From: a virus
Lineage: Duplodnaviria; Caudoviricetes
IMG/VR virus record: IMGVR_UViG_3300045146_000200
Span: 1 to 57,326 of that record
Strand: one strand, 5' to 3'
DNA length: 57,326 nucleotides
Made by a program: the position numbers and the translations under genes. Below, piece after piece: positions 42,801-52,918 of the stretch. A model generated the notes under the pieces. That model did no database searches. It had not been told where the DNA came from and saw only the letters and a list, made by a program, of their open reading frames with translations. The number at the start of each line of letters is the position of its first letter. Positions within the stretch are counted from its first letter, which is position 1.

Positions 42801-44137
42801 TCCGTCGCGGCCATGTCACTTTGAGCCATGGCGACATTCTCAAGGGCTTCCTTCGCCCTTCCTTCGAGAGGCCGCACATACCCCATCTTCTGAAGGGCCT
42901 CTCCCATGCCCGGTATCTTCCAGAGATGCCTCGTCCACCCATGGCCGAATACCATGTCCTTGAGAGGCTCCACCTCGGAGTATGCCCGGGCGTTGCTTCC
43001 GGCCATGAGGTTGTGCTTAGCCCGTACCGCGGCCATCTTCTCGCGCCCGTAGAGGTCCTCCATACTACGCCACATGCTCGATTCTTCATCGAGCACGCCA
43101 CGTTCAAGCCAGCCCGGTATGATCGGGGAAGGCTCACCAGGAGTTGGCTCAATGAGAGGCTCGCCACGCTCGAATTGCCCCGCTGCCTGCCGATACGTCG
43201 CCCCCACGTCCGGGTCCTGGTAGATCATCTTCATCAGGCGCATGCGGTCCATTGCCGCCGTGGCTTTACCGGATTCCTCTGCCCTACGAACGTGCTGAAT
43301 CAGTTCGTTGTAGAAGCGCCCCTTCTCTGCCCTGCCCATGTGCGCTCGTGGGCTGATTGCCGCAAGGCCAACGTCGAGAGCCGTCCCCATCGGCGAGATC
43401 CATTCATCGGCAGGCGCGCCTTGAACTGCCCCAAGCCCGGCTTGGACGCCCAGAGATACGCCCGCACCACCAAGTGCGGCCGCGCCAGCACGCTTGGCCT
43501 CCTCTCCGAGTGCCGCCTGATAAGCTGCTGGCCCTGCACGTTTCGCCCAGTCCAGATTCGATAGACTTCGGCCAATGCTCCGTGCTGCCATGGGCACGCT
43601 TGGTATCGCCGTCCCGGCCATAGCGGTATATGGATATTGCTGTTCGCTGGCAATGAGATTCTGCACCCATCGGCCAACGACGCCTGTGCTCTTCGCCGCT
43701 TCCCCCTTCAGCTTCTCTGCCGCCCACCCGCCAACCAATGCCCCACCAAGACCTACTGCACCGGAAAGAAGCGCGCCACCTACTCCCCCCCGAGGCTTCT
43801 TGCCCTTCTTCGCTGCGCTCTCTGCAATGCGCTGAAGGATACGAAGGGCGGTGGTAGACCCAAGCAGCGCGCCGGTGCCTGTTGCCGCCCCCCCAATGAG
43901 GGCTTTCGTTCGGCTTGTGTCCGCGATCTGTTCGGGCTCGACTGGCTTGTCGGTGTACCCGTAGAGGTATCTGCGAAGGACATCATGCTCGTCCCGGCGC
44001 TGGTTCTGTGCTGCCGCAAGGCCGTCTTCGAGGAAGGTCGTAGGCTGGTCCATGATCGGCATGAACGTAGTCTGGCCGTAGTCGGGGTTAAACCCGAACA
44101 TCGCTTCATCGAAGAAGGTTGGCTGATTGATAGCCAT
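39833..44137 (-). CDS. Large virion ejection / polyvalent protein with C-terminal LPD38-like domain
   Basis: IDFSKGG...IPYVNASMQG, YDAIPENEKTDNWII, YFRIPL, NHNFW, SPARLDYAI; Gly/Ala-rich hydrophobic N-terminal segments. Confidence 0.8.
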   Translation of the reverse strand: MAINQPTFFDEAMFGFNPDYGQTTFMPIMDQPTTFLEDGLAAAQNQRRDEHDVLRRYLYGYTDKPVEPEQIADTSRTKALIGGAATGTGALLGSTTALRILQRIAESAAKKGKKPRGGVGGALLSGAVGLGGALVGGWAAEKLKGEAAKSTGVVGRWVQNLIASEQQYPYTAMAGTAIPSVPMAARSIGRSLSNLDWAKRAGPAAYQAALGEEAKRAGAAALGGAGVSLGVQAGLGAVQGAPADEWISPMGTALDVGLAAISPRAHMGRAEKGRFYNELIQHVRRAEESGKATAAMDRMRLMKMIYQDPDVGATYRQAAGQFERGEPLIEPTPGEPSPIIPGWLERGVLDEESSMWRSMEDLYGREKMAAVRAKHNLMAGSNARAYSEVEPLKDMVFGHGWTRHLWKIPGMGEALQKMGYVRPLEGRAKEALENVAMAQSDMAATERAMGRQVADAKKELDILEKKFTAAKDRVNHEMDQRAQIASRGVDAINRIAAGVGLRADMALDSAVKAEATKAMKEIKMVLEMAEQGLTPKQHQQLKRDLQSTITLFAKPIAKGEDVIERLNVLKAMQLDRMDKAQQVIAAFRNRQVKRLERAYTEKVQALERRLAAEDFQRPIGAFRPPGKKVQEQTLETAQKILAEEMSAPIPGYGDFPQRVGALKAGYDRLLYRAAEAGIETTEFRDKLLKIPFYQPEKYLDDLGGLFRDNSILDSNRQALDTGASFFKYLDKGSLSAAETDSERLLLGANLGLEHRIARNEANLELVKLVQANPSIPGMREYRGGFRRVARADGLTYLEPKQALRKDEAIITARIVGQKKVKGAMVDAPQTVGVVVPMEFAKLWGEIPPSIAPELSNQLQIWTGSKLLKAMATGVNPVFAIANVMRDVFHVWGVTNLYNSGSVSKVLPIAGFAELGRDMAETLGDAISIARRKPTARAKEFIRHGAASEYLSKESRPHFATPELDGIARAMGWLGEVSENWTRLAAFNRGMKLGLGPVMAADQARGYIDFSKGGTWTKFASAVGIPYVNASMQGARGWVTAAEKSPGMLAWKLANVGTVAAGLTIANLIYNRECYDAIPENEKTDNWIITTPFFEIDPKTGEKRYTYFRIPLDQTIAPVKSLWESLARKSLTGQAPPRPFMESIRSLKTSLPMTDMSAIMPPVMESVLGYTLNHNFWQDDTIWRGASVRPEDEVIPGITRQMAVDMGKGLSMSPARLDYAINAIAPRNVWTALVNSGWKTMISKLPPEEQAKMNSAVVDGLKEIEKSAKSRFMRQTYLHPKDVVFEAQDMLEQNYNSARRHIIEQMQRWPDVTPEEIARSAQDEATKLHEQAKGILKPLATQLGPEKAQEAILPLIMRYTIQPDDLNRMITDAAEKNKEIDPVMFRRMLGVPEPRRRMRIPSLRAQMSRLAELRERQALAQSMAGQGEHTYGSQD

Positions 44138-44140
44138 GGA

Positions 44141-47100
44141 TTACTTTCCCTTGACTTTCTTCGCCAGATCGGGGTAGTCGGCGAGGACCTCGGCAGGGAC
44201 TGGCTTGCCAGAAGAGATGGCGCGCTCCACGACAACTTTATGCCCTGGATATTTTTCCCACGCACCTATTGGCTTTATCAACGCTTCGTCGTCCCCCCCA
44301 AATCCGATGACTTTGCCTTTTCCAAAGTACCACGGACGAGTAGTGTCCACCATCGAACCTGCGGTTGGAGTAATATAGACACTTACTCCTAATTCATATT
44401 TGCCTTCGCGGGCGTTGTATGATCTGCCCGATTTTGGTAGATCGCCAGTCCTGTAAAATGTCCTCACGTCTCCAATTTTAACAATTCTTTGCTGACCAGA
44501 ATAAGCCACCGCAGCATTAGCTTGATCTTTAGTTAATTCCCACGGCTCCTTAGCTGTGACCAGTGGCGCATAGGCTTGATCTCGCAAACTTCTTAAATTA
44601 TTCACTCTGTCTACGAGAGGTTTCATGCGGCGAATTGCATCTGCTGGTGCCGTCATACCACCCGTTGGGACTCCTTCAATAACCATTCTCGCCACCCCAT
44701 TGTGGTAGCTGATATTTGTGGCATTATCTAAGGCTGCTTCCGCCTCACTTAATAATAGTGACTTCCGATATGTCTGTATCCACGGTTCTTTGGCTTGCCC
44801 TACCGCTTCCTCAAAAGGGGCTTTCGGCGGCACCTCACCCGCCTTCTTCATACTAAACGCATGCCGCTTGGTGCCCTCCATTTGAGCCGCCATACCCTCA
44901 TCCCATGGAATGGTCGTCTTGTCGAACGGTATCTTCTCCGCATCCACTGGTCGTCTGCCGCGGAACCAGTCCGTCATGCTGCCGCTAATTTCAACCGTCC
45001 GTTTCTGATCTCCGGTGATAACCGTGTTAATTCGATTCGCGATGATCGCCTTAGCTTCTTCTGGTGAATGAGCATAGACGGTCATATTAACCTGCATTTT
45101 CTGTGGTGCTAGAGGCTTGCCAGTTGCTTCGCTAGCCCATGTTACGGTTTTTTGACCCACGAATACGTACTTGTGAACGTTGCCACCAAGGTAGTCCGCC
45201 TCTGTCGGTACGACTGGCTGAACCTCCCAAGGGGATACGGATGTTCCGGCAGTCGCCTTCTTCAGCCCTGCCTGGGCCTTCGCTGACGTGAGGAATTTCA
45301 ACTCAAGGTCGTCCAGAGCCTTCCCCTTGTCCAACTTCTGTAGCATGGCATCGAGCTTCTTCGTAGCTCCCTTCGCCTGTTTCGTCGTCTGCGTCCACCA
45401 GAAGTCAAGGGCGTCCACAATGTCCTGGCGAATAGGAGATGTCGGACTCATACCGATCTTCGCGGTTTTAGCCGCACGGTCGTAGATTGAGTACCAGTCT
45501 TCGGCGTCCATTCCTGGATTCAAGTTGGTTTTCTGAATCCACCTACTCCAGCTTTCTTGCCGTCCAATACCAGCCTTAGCCATAGTCTCGGCTTCTGCGA
45601 ACGGGTCAATTCGTGGTCGAACTGGCACAGCAGGTGGCTGGGTAACCGATGCTTGTGCAGATTTAATCCCCGCATCTTTTACCTCAACAACATTGAGATC
45701 ATCAGGTCGGAGCCTGAATATAGTATCCACGCCATCTGGCTGCACCTCGATTGCATCCCCGCCATTGAGTACGCGAGTTACTGTGCCTTTGTACCCCGGC
45801 CTCGCCTTCCCCTTCGGTAGAACTTCCACTTTGGTTCCAAACCAGCGGAACTCGTCGTCCGCAGTTGCTCCCTTCCACGGCTGGGTTGTTCCGATTGTCA
45901 TCGTGCTGGCAGGTTGTCCGGCAGACCCTTCTACAAGCGTTTCAGCGCCTGTCTTAGGGGGGGGTACTCCCTCCCCTGTAGGTTGAGTCGTTTTCGGGGC
46001 CACCTTCGTTCCTGGGCCTGTTTCTGGCGCTTTAGACGTGTTCCTCAGACCTTCTCGCAGCTTCTCGGCCATCTCCGGTCCTGTCACCGGCCTTGGACCG
46101 ACCGGAGCCTGATACTCGAATGGCAGTTCAGGCATCGCCGCACCCGGAGTTGCAGGCATTCCGAACCCCTCCGGCGTAAGTGGCCTGCCAGTAACGGTTT
46201 CGATTGCCGCCTTCGCTACAGAAGCCGCAGCTTCAGGGCCTGCCTTGGCCTCGACGGCAGCGATAACTGCTTCTGCCTGAGCAACTTGGCCGCGAGAGAC
46301 CAAGGTGGCAACGTCATCGGCTACTTTGGCCATCTGAGGGCCAAACGCATTCACGTCTCTGGCCGCCCTGAAAATCTCCTCTGGTGCAGGGGCAGCCTCT
46401 GGGGGAACTACTCCCCTTTCACCACCCATGAATTCAGGTGGGACAGTCGGTCGGGCAATCCTCATAGCCTCAGTCATTACTTTTGTAGCGTAATCAGGAC
46501 CATACCTTCTAGATAAAGACGCATAGATAGTTTCCTGCGCCAACGTGTTTTCTGCCCGGATAGCTCGTACAGCAGGTTCTAACAGATCGGGTGGAATAGC
46601 AATTGATCCACCTCGAAAAAAGCCACTAATTGTGTCGGCGGCACTGGAACCCGCATGCGCGGTCTTCGGCGGTGCTGTCGGCGGGGGCATGGGGCCAGGC
46701 CCTGCCGGAGGTGGACTCGGTGGGACTCCTGGGGGTACAGGCGGGGGCGTTGGCGGGGGCATGGGGCCAGGACCTGCCGGAGGTGGACTCGGCGGTACTC
46801 CTGGGGGTGCGGGCGGGGGCGTTGGGCCTGCCCCTGGCGGCGGTGGATTAGCTCCAGAACTTCCCGTCAAGTCCTCCCAGACGTACACGGGTGGACGCGT
46901 TCCGATTGGCTGTGGAGCGCCAGTCCCACCGCCTGCCATCATCTCCTCGTAGGTGGCAGGACCTACGCCTGGGGGGGCAGTGTATGGCGTGATTCCCCTG
47001 AACCGCCCGATCATCCTGCGGAATGCGTCCCGAACCGGGCTCAAAGCCTTCCCTGCCGCCCAACCAACTGGGGCCAGTGCAATGTTCGCACCAGCATACT

Positions 47101-48991
47101 CCAGCATGGTCCCGGGCATTTCTCGAATCGCAGGAGCTTCCCCCGTAGTCGCCAACTGGCCAAGACCCCTCTTGACTTCCAGCGGCACAGCGAGAGCCGC
47201 GCCTCCTGCGGCAAGCCCCAAGCCCTTGTTCAGCCCCGTCCCTATCAGCCCCTTGCCTGCGATCTTCTCGCCGACGCCGCCTGCACCTGAAATCTTCTCT
47301 GAGATTTCCAAGAATCGTTTGATTCCAGCCGCAACCTTGGGATAAGCCTTCGCGAGTTTGACGCTGTTAGCCAAGCCCTTCAGGATTCCCGCTCCTGTGG
47401 CCACGGCAGCCAGTTCGCCTTCCATGTACCCCATGTAGTACATGGTGCTTTCGATGGCGTCTCTTGGCGACGGCAAGTCCTTCGCAAACTCCGCGCCATC
47501 CAAGCCGTAGGCGGCGAGGACGCCCTTCGCGAAAGCGCCGGTCATCGTGTTAGCGACTACTCCCTTTCCGCGCGCCTTCTCATACCACCGGAACTTGGTC
47601 GTGTCCCACATGCGTTTTCGGACAGCCTCTTGTGCCGCTCCGAGGATGCCGAACGTCGTCATAATCTGTGCCGCGGCGTATCGGTTAGCTACATCCTCTG
47701 CCGTCTCCTCGTCCATCCCGGCAAGCGTATTGGCCTGCTTCGCCACGTTGCGAAGTTTCTCGGCAATGGCAGGACGCTGCTGCGCAAGTTGCGTGATTGT
47801 CGCCCCGAGCTTATCGGCCATGGCGTTGATCGTGCCTTCGTCTGCCTTGTCTATGCCTCGCAGTTGGGATACGGCCGACTCCAAGGTGGCCTTCATGGTC
47901 GGATCCATGGAGATCGGCTTCAGGTCGTCCAAGTTCTGGCCCAAGGCAGAGAAGTAGTTCTCCATGCCCGGGATCGCCTTCAAGGTCTTCGGGTCGAACT
48001 GTTCTCGCTCGGTGATGGCGTCAATGAACGGCTGCATCACCTTGGCCTTGCCTTGGCCGGTAGGAGCCGCGGCAGCCTGTTCCCTCAGCCGATTCACGAA
48101 GGTCATAGGGATTCTCTGCGTCCCACCCCGTGCGCTGGGCAGCGTGATTGCGCCAGACTCCCCTTGGTTTCTTGGTGTGAGAAAGTGGTCAATGAATTGG
48201 TCCAGCGCGGCCATGGCTCGCATCTGTCCCTGCGGAGTAGCAGCAGCCTCCGGGCCCATAGCTCCGAGGAAGCTCGGGTAGAGTTCCTTAGCCAGTTGCG
48301 CTCGCTGGTGCCGTTCTCGCTCCGGTCCACGCATGAGGGCTTCGATAGGAATGGCTTGGCCGAGGTCAATAGCCATCGCCAGGTCGTCTCTTCCAGCCTG
48401 CCGCATAGCGTCGGATGCCTGTCGTCTCAGTCGGCGCAACTCGCTCTTGTAGGCTGCTTCTTCCCTTTCCTCCGCGGTCGGCGGATATTCCGGCTGTGGA
48501 GGCGCACCTCCAGCCCGAATACCAGCCGCCGCCTGAAGGTGGTATCCCCGCTCGGCCTCGGTCTTATCGGGCATGTTCGCCGCGTACTCGTGCCATCTCG
48601 CGGCGGCCTCTCTCTTCGCGGCTTCGCGCTGTTCCTTCTCCTGCCGGTTCTTCGCGGCTTCGGCAGACTGTCTCAACTGCTCCTGCTGGACTCGGATATT
48701 CTCCTGGTGTTGCCGGATTGTCTCTTTGAGTTGCTGCCTGCGCAGTTCCTGCTCCGCCTTATTGACCGCGTCCTGGCGCTTCTGTTCCTCACGTCGGTAC
48801 TTCTCAGCCTCGACGGCCTGTTGACGCTGGAACTTGGTTTGCTGCTCCGCCTGCATGCGGTCGTAGGCTTCCTGTTCCAGTCGCTTCCTGGTCAACTGGT
48901 AGTCCACGTACCGCTGCGCAACGGGCACGCGCGCCCAGTTCCCCACCGGGACATTCATCGCTGAGAAACCGCCTTCAGCACCGTATGCCAT
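44141..48991 (-). CDS. Large internal virion (DNA ejection) protein with mosaic C-terminus
   Basis: 1616 aa; Q/E/R coiled coil, Gly/Ala-rich segments, Pro-rich linker; follows tail genes. Confidence 0.7.
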   Translation of the reverse strand: MAYGAEGGFSAMNVPVGNWARVPVAQRYVDYQLTRKRLEQEAYDRMQAEQQTKFQRQQAVEAEKYRREEQKRQDAVNKAEQELRRQQLKETIRQHQENIRVQQEQLRQSAEAAKNRQEKEQREAAKREAAARWHEYAANMPDKTEAERGYHLQAAAGIRAGGAPPQPEYPPTAEEREEAAYKSELRRLRRQASDAMRQAGRDDLAMAIDLGQAIPIEALMRGPERERHQRAQLAKELYPSFLGAMGPEAAATPQGQMRAMAALDQFIDHFLTPRNQGESGAITLPSARGGTQRIPMTFVNRLREQAAAAPTGQGKAKVMQPFIDAITEREQFDPKTLKAIPGMENYFSALGQNLDDLKPISMDPTMKATLESAVSQLRGIDKADEGTINAMADKLGATITQLAQQRPAIAEKLRNVAKQANTLAGMDEETAEDVANRYAAAQIMTTFGILGAAQEAVRKRMWDTTKFRWYEKARGKGVVANTMTGAFAKGVLAAYGLDGAEFAKDLPSPRDAIESTMYYMGYMEGELAAVATGAGILKGLANSVKLAKAYPKVAAGIKRFLEISEKISGAGGVGEKIAGKGLIGTGLNKGLGLAAGGAALAVPLEVKRGLGQLATTGEAPAIREMPGTMLEYAGANIALAPVGWAAGKALSPVRDAFRRMIGRFRGITPYTAPPGVGPATYEEMMAGGGTGAPQPIGTRPPVYVWEDLTGSSGANPPPPGAGPTPPPAPPGVPPSPPPAGPGPMPPPTPPPVPPGVPPSPPPAGPGPMPPPTAPPKTAHAGSSAADTISGFFRGGSIAIPPDLLEPAVRAIRAENTLAQETIYASLSRRYGPDYATKVMTEAMRIARPTVPPEFMGGERGVVPPEAAPAPEEIFRAARDVNAFGPQMAKVADDVATLVSRGQVAQAEAVIAAVEAKAGPEAAASVAKAAIETVTGRPLTPEGFGMPATPGAAMPELPFEYQAPVGPRPVTGPEMAEKLREGLRNTSKAPETGPGTKVAPKTTQPTGEGVPPPKTGAETLVEGSAGQPASTMTIGTTQPWKGATADDEFRWFGTKVEVLPKGKARPGYKGTVTRVLNGGDAIEVQPDGVDTIFRLRPDDLNVVEVKDAGIKSAQASVTQPPAVPVRPRIDPFAEAETMAKAGIGRQESWSRWIQKTNLNPGMDAEDWYSIYDRAAKTAKIGMSPTSPIRQDIVDALDFWWTQTTKQAKGATKKLDAMLQKLDKGKALDDLELKFLTSAKAQAGLKKATAGTSVSPWEVQPVVPTEADYLGGNVHKYVFVGQKTVTWASEATGKPLAPQKMQVNMTVYAHSPEEAKAIIANRINTVITGDQKRTVEISGSMTDWFRGRRPVDAEKIPFDKTTIPWDEGMAAQMEGTKRHAFSMKKAGEVPPKAPFEEAVGQAKEPWIQTYRKSLLLSEAEAALDNATNISYHNGVARMVIEGVPTGGMTAPADAIRRMKPLVDRVNNLRSLRDQAYAPLVTAKEPWELTKDQANAAVAYSGQQRIVKIGDVRTFYRTGDLPKSGRSYNAREGKYELGVSVYITPTAGSMVDTTRPWYFGKGKVIGFGGDDEALIKPIGAWEKYPGHKVVVERAISSGKPVPAEVLADYPDLAKKVKGK
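46680..46825 (-). repeat. 72-bp tandem duplication encoding a Pro-rich linker
   Basis: TPPP(A/V)PPGVPPSPPPAGPGPMPPP twice, near-identical DNA. Confidence 0.85.
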
Positions 48992-49008
48992 GGCTTCGAT
49001 TCCTTATC

Positions 49009-50268
49009 CTAAATGTTCCACCGTTTTCGCTGCGCAACAAAGTCACCACCCACGCCGTGCCATTCTGGGTTGGCTTGACGGGGTGGTGCCCCACCCTCTG
49101 GCTGTGCCCCGGAGGACATATACGGGGCCGTATACCCTTCGCTTTTACGCCCCCTTCGCCTGCTGTACCACGACATTGCCTGGCGGATCTTCTCCCTGCG
49201 CACTGGTGGCAAGCCTTGCGATTCCAGCCACGAGGACGCGCGAGTGAAGTAGTCCTGGTCCTCACGCTTGCGCCTCTCGGCCGCGGCCCTGTGCCGTCTG
49301 AGGCGAAGGCTGGTGTCGAGTTGCTCCTGTGTCGGAGCAAATGTCTGGCCCCTGCCTGCCTCTATCGGAGTGGGCCGATAAGTGTCAAAGCCAGTAGAGG
49401 GATCGTACTCACGGAACTGGCCGGGCGAGGTCTCGAATCGCCCCCTGCCAATGCTGCGCCAGCCTGGTACCCAACCAGGCATCGCAGATTCCTGCACCGA
49501 TCCGAGTGGCATTCCAGAGTACGCCAATGGCTCGCCCTGTGGGCGCATGCCCATGTATGGCATCGTCCCCATGGATTCCGGGGATGAAGTGAAGGGGAGC
49601 GCCTGGCCTCGTGGAGGTACGTCCCTTGGAAGATCCATCTCCCCGCCAGGCCCAGCGGCCATGTAGGGGACCTGAGGCCGATTGCCGAATTCAATCGTCT
49701 GCATGGGGTTCAGGAAGTCAGCAACGCCAGCTTTCAGCCCCGCCCAGAACGGCGATTCCATCTCCGATTGCGCCCGAGCGATCATCTGCGCACGTTGCCG
49801 AATGCCTCTAGCCAGGTCCGGCCTTCCGATGGAGTCCCAGTACCCAGCCTCGGAAAGCAACCTTTGTAGTTGAAGGCTCTGTTCCGGCTGACGCGCGGGC
49901 TGCGCCTGTTGTCCCCGCCCGTCTGCCATGGGGCCTACTTCGTCTCTCCATGATGGCGAGCCAGGGCTCGTCATTTGCCGTTGAACCGGCGCTACGGGCG
50001 TAGGGGTTACGTTCGGGTTTCCGAAGGCGTCGTACGCTATGTCGGCCCAGGCCTCGGGCCACTGCGATGCTGCCGTCTTGATGCCAGCCCACCATGGCGA
50101 TTCCATCTCGCGTCGTGCACGCTGGATCATCATTTGCCGTTGAACCGAGCCATAGTCCTCTGGATTCCATGCTGGGACACTAGGTACGATTTCTCCACTT
50201 GGCGGGTTCCAGTACGGCAACCCAGGAGGAGGAAGATTGTATCGAGCATATTGGCTCGGCATGGTCAT
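49009..50268 (-). CDS. Probable internal virion protein (low complexity)
   Basis: AAGGAG RBS; internal repeat EMESP(W/F)WAG(I/L)K twice. Confidence 0.6.
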   Translation of the reverse strand: MTMPSQYARYNLPPPGLPYWNPPSGEIVPSVPAWNPEDYGSVQRQMMIQRARREMESPWWAGIKTAASQWPEAWADIAYDAFGNPNVTPTPVAPVQRQMTSPGSPSWRDEVGPMADGRGQQAQPARQPEQSLQLQRLLSEAGYWDSIGRPDLARGIRQRAQMIARAQSEMESPFWAGLKAGVADFLNPMQTIEFGNRPQVPYMAAGPGGEMDLPRDVPPRGQALPFTSSPESMGTMPYMGMRPQGEPLAYSGMPLGSVQESAMPGWVPGWRSIGRGRFETSPGQFREYDPSTGFDTYRPTPIEAGRGQTFAPTQEQLDTSLRLRRHRAAAERRKREDQDYFTRASSWLESQGLPPVRREKIRQAMSWYSRRRGRKSEGYTAPYMSSGAQPEGGAPPRQANPEWHGVGGDFVAQRKRWNI

Positions 50269-50272
50269 CTCC

Positions 50273-50953
50273 TTAGTATGGGAACATAAGTCGCCGATTG
50301 ACAGCCTGTGCCGTCCCGTAGTTCGGAATGTACGGCATCGGCAGGTACTTCATCTGTCCGAGCACGTCCGCATACTGCTGTCTGTACCCTGCCCCCTGCC
50401 CGTACAATCCAGCCGCGGCCTGAATGTTCGCAAGCCTCTCCTGTTGCTGCCTCCTAGCTTCATCAAGCGAGACGTTCTCGAATGCCTGAGCCATCGGGTC
50501 CATCAGGTGCAACCTGCGATAGTCCATCGCCCCTTGTGCTGCCTGTCCTGAGCCAGCACCCGCGAATCCAAGACTCTGTCCGACAGAAGCCAAGTAGTCG
50601 CTCGGGTCGTACTGCGACGCGATAGCACTTCGAGCCCTGCCCATGAGTTGCGTGCCGTAGTCGCTTGGGGCTTGGTTCAGCAAGGAAAGTCCCTTCTGCA
50701 TGTAGGGCGCGTAGTTTGATATGTTGCCCTGCAACTGGGCGATCATCTTTCGCTGGTTCGACTGCGCTTGTTGCTGTGCCTTCCTGAGCGAGTCTTGGAC
50801 TTCCTGGATGTAGGTCTTCTTTGTGGGCTTATTCACAGTACCGAATGACCCGCCCCGTGAAACCTGGCCACCCCAGCCAGTCTCCAGGCCGCCTTGCCTC
50901 GGCTGCCTCTGAAGCGTCGGTTGTCGCCAGAGATCGTTCGGAAACCATGCCAT
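50273..50953 (-). CDS. Probable pilot/ejection protein
   Basis: Q/A/G-rich helical composition; position after tail genes. Confidence 0.6.
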   Translation of the reverse strand: MAWFPNDLWRQPTLQRQPRQGGLETGWGGQVSRGGSFGTVNKPTKKTYIQEVQDSLRKAQQQAQSNQRKMIAQLQGNISNYAPYMQKGLSLLNQAPSDYGTQLMGRARSAIASQYDPSDYLASVGQSLGFAGAGSGQAAQGAMDYRRLHLMDPMAQAFENVSLDEARRQQQERLANIQAAAGLYGQGAGYRQQYADVLGQMKYLPMPYIPNYGTAQAVNRRLMFPY

Positions 50954-50966
50954 AAGTCACCTCATC

Positions 50967-52082
50967 TCAGTATCGGTTGAACCCACCCGCAACATTGAAC
51001 TTGACCACCGCCCGAAAATCACTACTCGCCAGATTCTCGTCCACATACCACCCAGCGAATACCGATGTCCGGTTCACCAGCGGCGTGGACGGCCTAGGTG
51101 GGATGTCGGACACATCTCCGATCCTGCCACTCGTCACAACCTGCGTCGCCAGCCCCGTGTCCTGCGACCACCTAGACCACGTAGACTCTGCAACGGCCAC
51201 AGGCCAGCCGTCCGAGTTCCATTCCTTCGTATGCGGGTCCCCGGCGTAGTTCGTGCCGTAAGGCTGGACGAACCCGTACCAGTCAACGTCCTTCGTCAGA
51301 AGGGACCCTGTATCCGCCTCCGACAACGACCGAAAGCCGTACATGTTAGCCTCATAGGTCCCGGCAAAATTCCTGTAGAGCAGCCCCCACCGGGACGCGC
51401 CCCTGTCCGTCCTCGGATGATTCCATGGTCCTGTCGCCCATAATGTAGCCGCTGCATTCCATGCGTCGTCGGCCACCGGATAAGGCGGCGATGCGTGCTG
51501 GCTACTATGAGTCGCCAAATCGTTGACTTCCCCAGTCGCTACGCTCGGAGCCTGTAGTTTGATCCAGACGCAGAGATTCAACGCCAGATACAACTCGTTA
51601 ATCCACGGCACCAGTTCCAAACTCCCGTTAACGATCAATGCCGCGTAGTCCAACTGCTGCATTCGGCCATAGGCTGTAGTAATCGCTCCTGGCACTCCAG
51701 CCTTCCTTGTCCATGTCGTGCCATCTCCTATACCAGCCGCGGCGCACGCGGCGGCGAATGTCCAGACTGGTGCAAAATTCGCATAACTTGCACCATCCCA
51801 GTTTCCGCCGCTGTCGGTGTGATTGACGAACTTGGGTATCACGGTTTCGACCAGACCCTGAATAGCGTTAATGTGCGCGGCACGAAATAACCTGTCTCCT
51901 GGCACAGACCCTTCTATCGCGGTCGCCCCTCTCGTCACGATGGCTTCACGTTCGTTAAGGGCAGATTGGAGTTCCTTCCAGATCCTGTAGTCCTGCACTC
52001 CCTTTGCCGGAAGGGTGGCCGGTGTCAATGGCCACGAAGTATAAAACGTTCCAGGGGCATCCGGGTCTTCTCCCCAAGCCAT
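50967..52082 (-). CDS. Probable tail or receptor-binding structural protein
   Basis: W/T/G-rich beta composition; TAATG coupling. Confidence 0.55.
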   Translation of the reverse strand: MAWGEDPDAPGTFYTSWPLTPATLPAKGVQDYRIWKELQSALNEREAIVTRGATAIEGSVPGDRLFRAAHINAIQGLVETVIPKFVNHTDSGGNWDGASYANFAPVWTFAAACAAAGIGDGTTWTRKAGVPGAITTAYGRMQQLDYAALIVNGSLELVPWINELYLALNLCVWIKLQAPSVATGEVNDLATHSSQHASPPYPVADDAWNAAATLWATGPWNHPRTDRGASRWGLLYRNFAGTYEANMYGFRSLSEADTGSLLTKDVDWYGFVQPYGTNYAGDPHTKEWNSDGWPVAVAESTWSRWSQDTGLATQVVTSGRIGDVSDIPPRPSTPLVNRTSVFAGWYVDENLASSDFRAVVKFNVAGGFNRY

Positions 52083-52918
52083 TAGATGCTCCTCACATAA
52101 TCCCAGACGTTCGCCAGCGCAGCGTTTTTTTGAAGGACCTGCGCCTGCGTGCCGCCTTCGGGTAAAGATACGCTCGGCCAGTTATTGATAAGTGCCTTCT
52201 TGTGCGCGGCTCCTGCAACATCATAGATCAGGGCGTAGTCCGCGGTTGACGGCACTTTTGCCGCCAATCCATTCACGTCCGCCCTGAGCCGCAACGTCTC
52301 GTCACCGCCTGGAGCCAACACATCAGCTTGAACCCCTTCGGTAGCTGACATCTTGTTTTCGAGGTAATCAGCCGTGGTGTCATCCGCGCTCACCTTCACC
52401 GTCGTCCCACCACCACTGCCGCCTTCCTTGCCGACGATGTAAGCTATCGCTTTCCTCGTCACTGGGTCTCGATACCCGGCCACAATGACTATGTCTCCAA
52501 CTGCCGGGCTCGTCCCCATGGGGTCCTCTGCCGTTACCGTCTTACTCCCCCTCAAATCCCCGGCCTGATTGCACCTCTGCACGACATAAGGGCCAGCGCC
52601 GGAAAGGACCTTGCACATGTACACCCCAAGCGGGATTTCCTTCGCCTCACGTCCCGGCCTTGGAGCTTGGATGATGTTGATCGTCCATGACCCAGGATCA
52701 ACGACGATCTTGTCCTTGTCATCATTCGGGTATGGACTCGTCGGGCCAAGCTGGATGTAGCTCCCACCTATTGCAGGCCACTGAGGGAAACTGGGAAGGT
52801 CCCCGGTCAGTCCGGTCAACTGGTAGTTCAACAGGTTCTGCTGATTGATTGACCCTGCCCGGTCATTGGGCTTGAAGCAGAGACTCGGTATGGCTTGGGA
52901 TGGCACGCCATTAGGCAT
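52082..52918 (-). CDS. Probable tail fibre-associated protein
   Basis: VKVSADDTTADYLENK and LPEGGTQAQVLQKN fibre-type motifs; GGAGG RBS. Confidence 0.65.
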   Translation of the reverse strand: MPNGVPSQAIPSLCFKPNDRAGSINQQNLLNYQLTGLTGDLPSFPQWPAIGGSYIQLGPTSPYPNDDKDKIVVDPGSWTINIIQAPRPGREAKEIPLGVYMCKVLSGAGPYVVQRCNQAGDLRGSKTVTAEDPMGTSPAVGDIVIVAGYRDPVTRKAIAYIVGKEGGSGGGTTVKVSADDTTADYLENKMSATEGVQADVLAPGGDETLRLRADVNGLAAKVPSTADYALIYDVAGAAHKKALINNWPSVSLPEGGTQAQVLQKNAALANVWDYVRSI

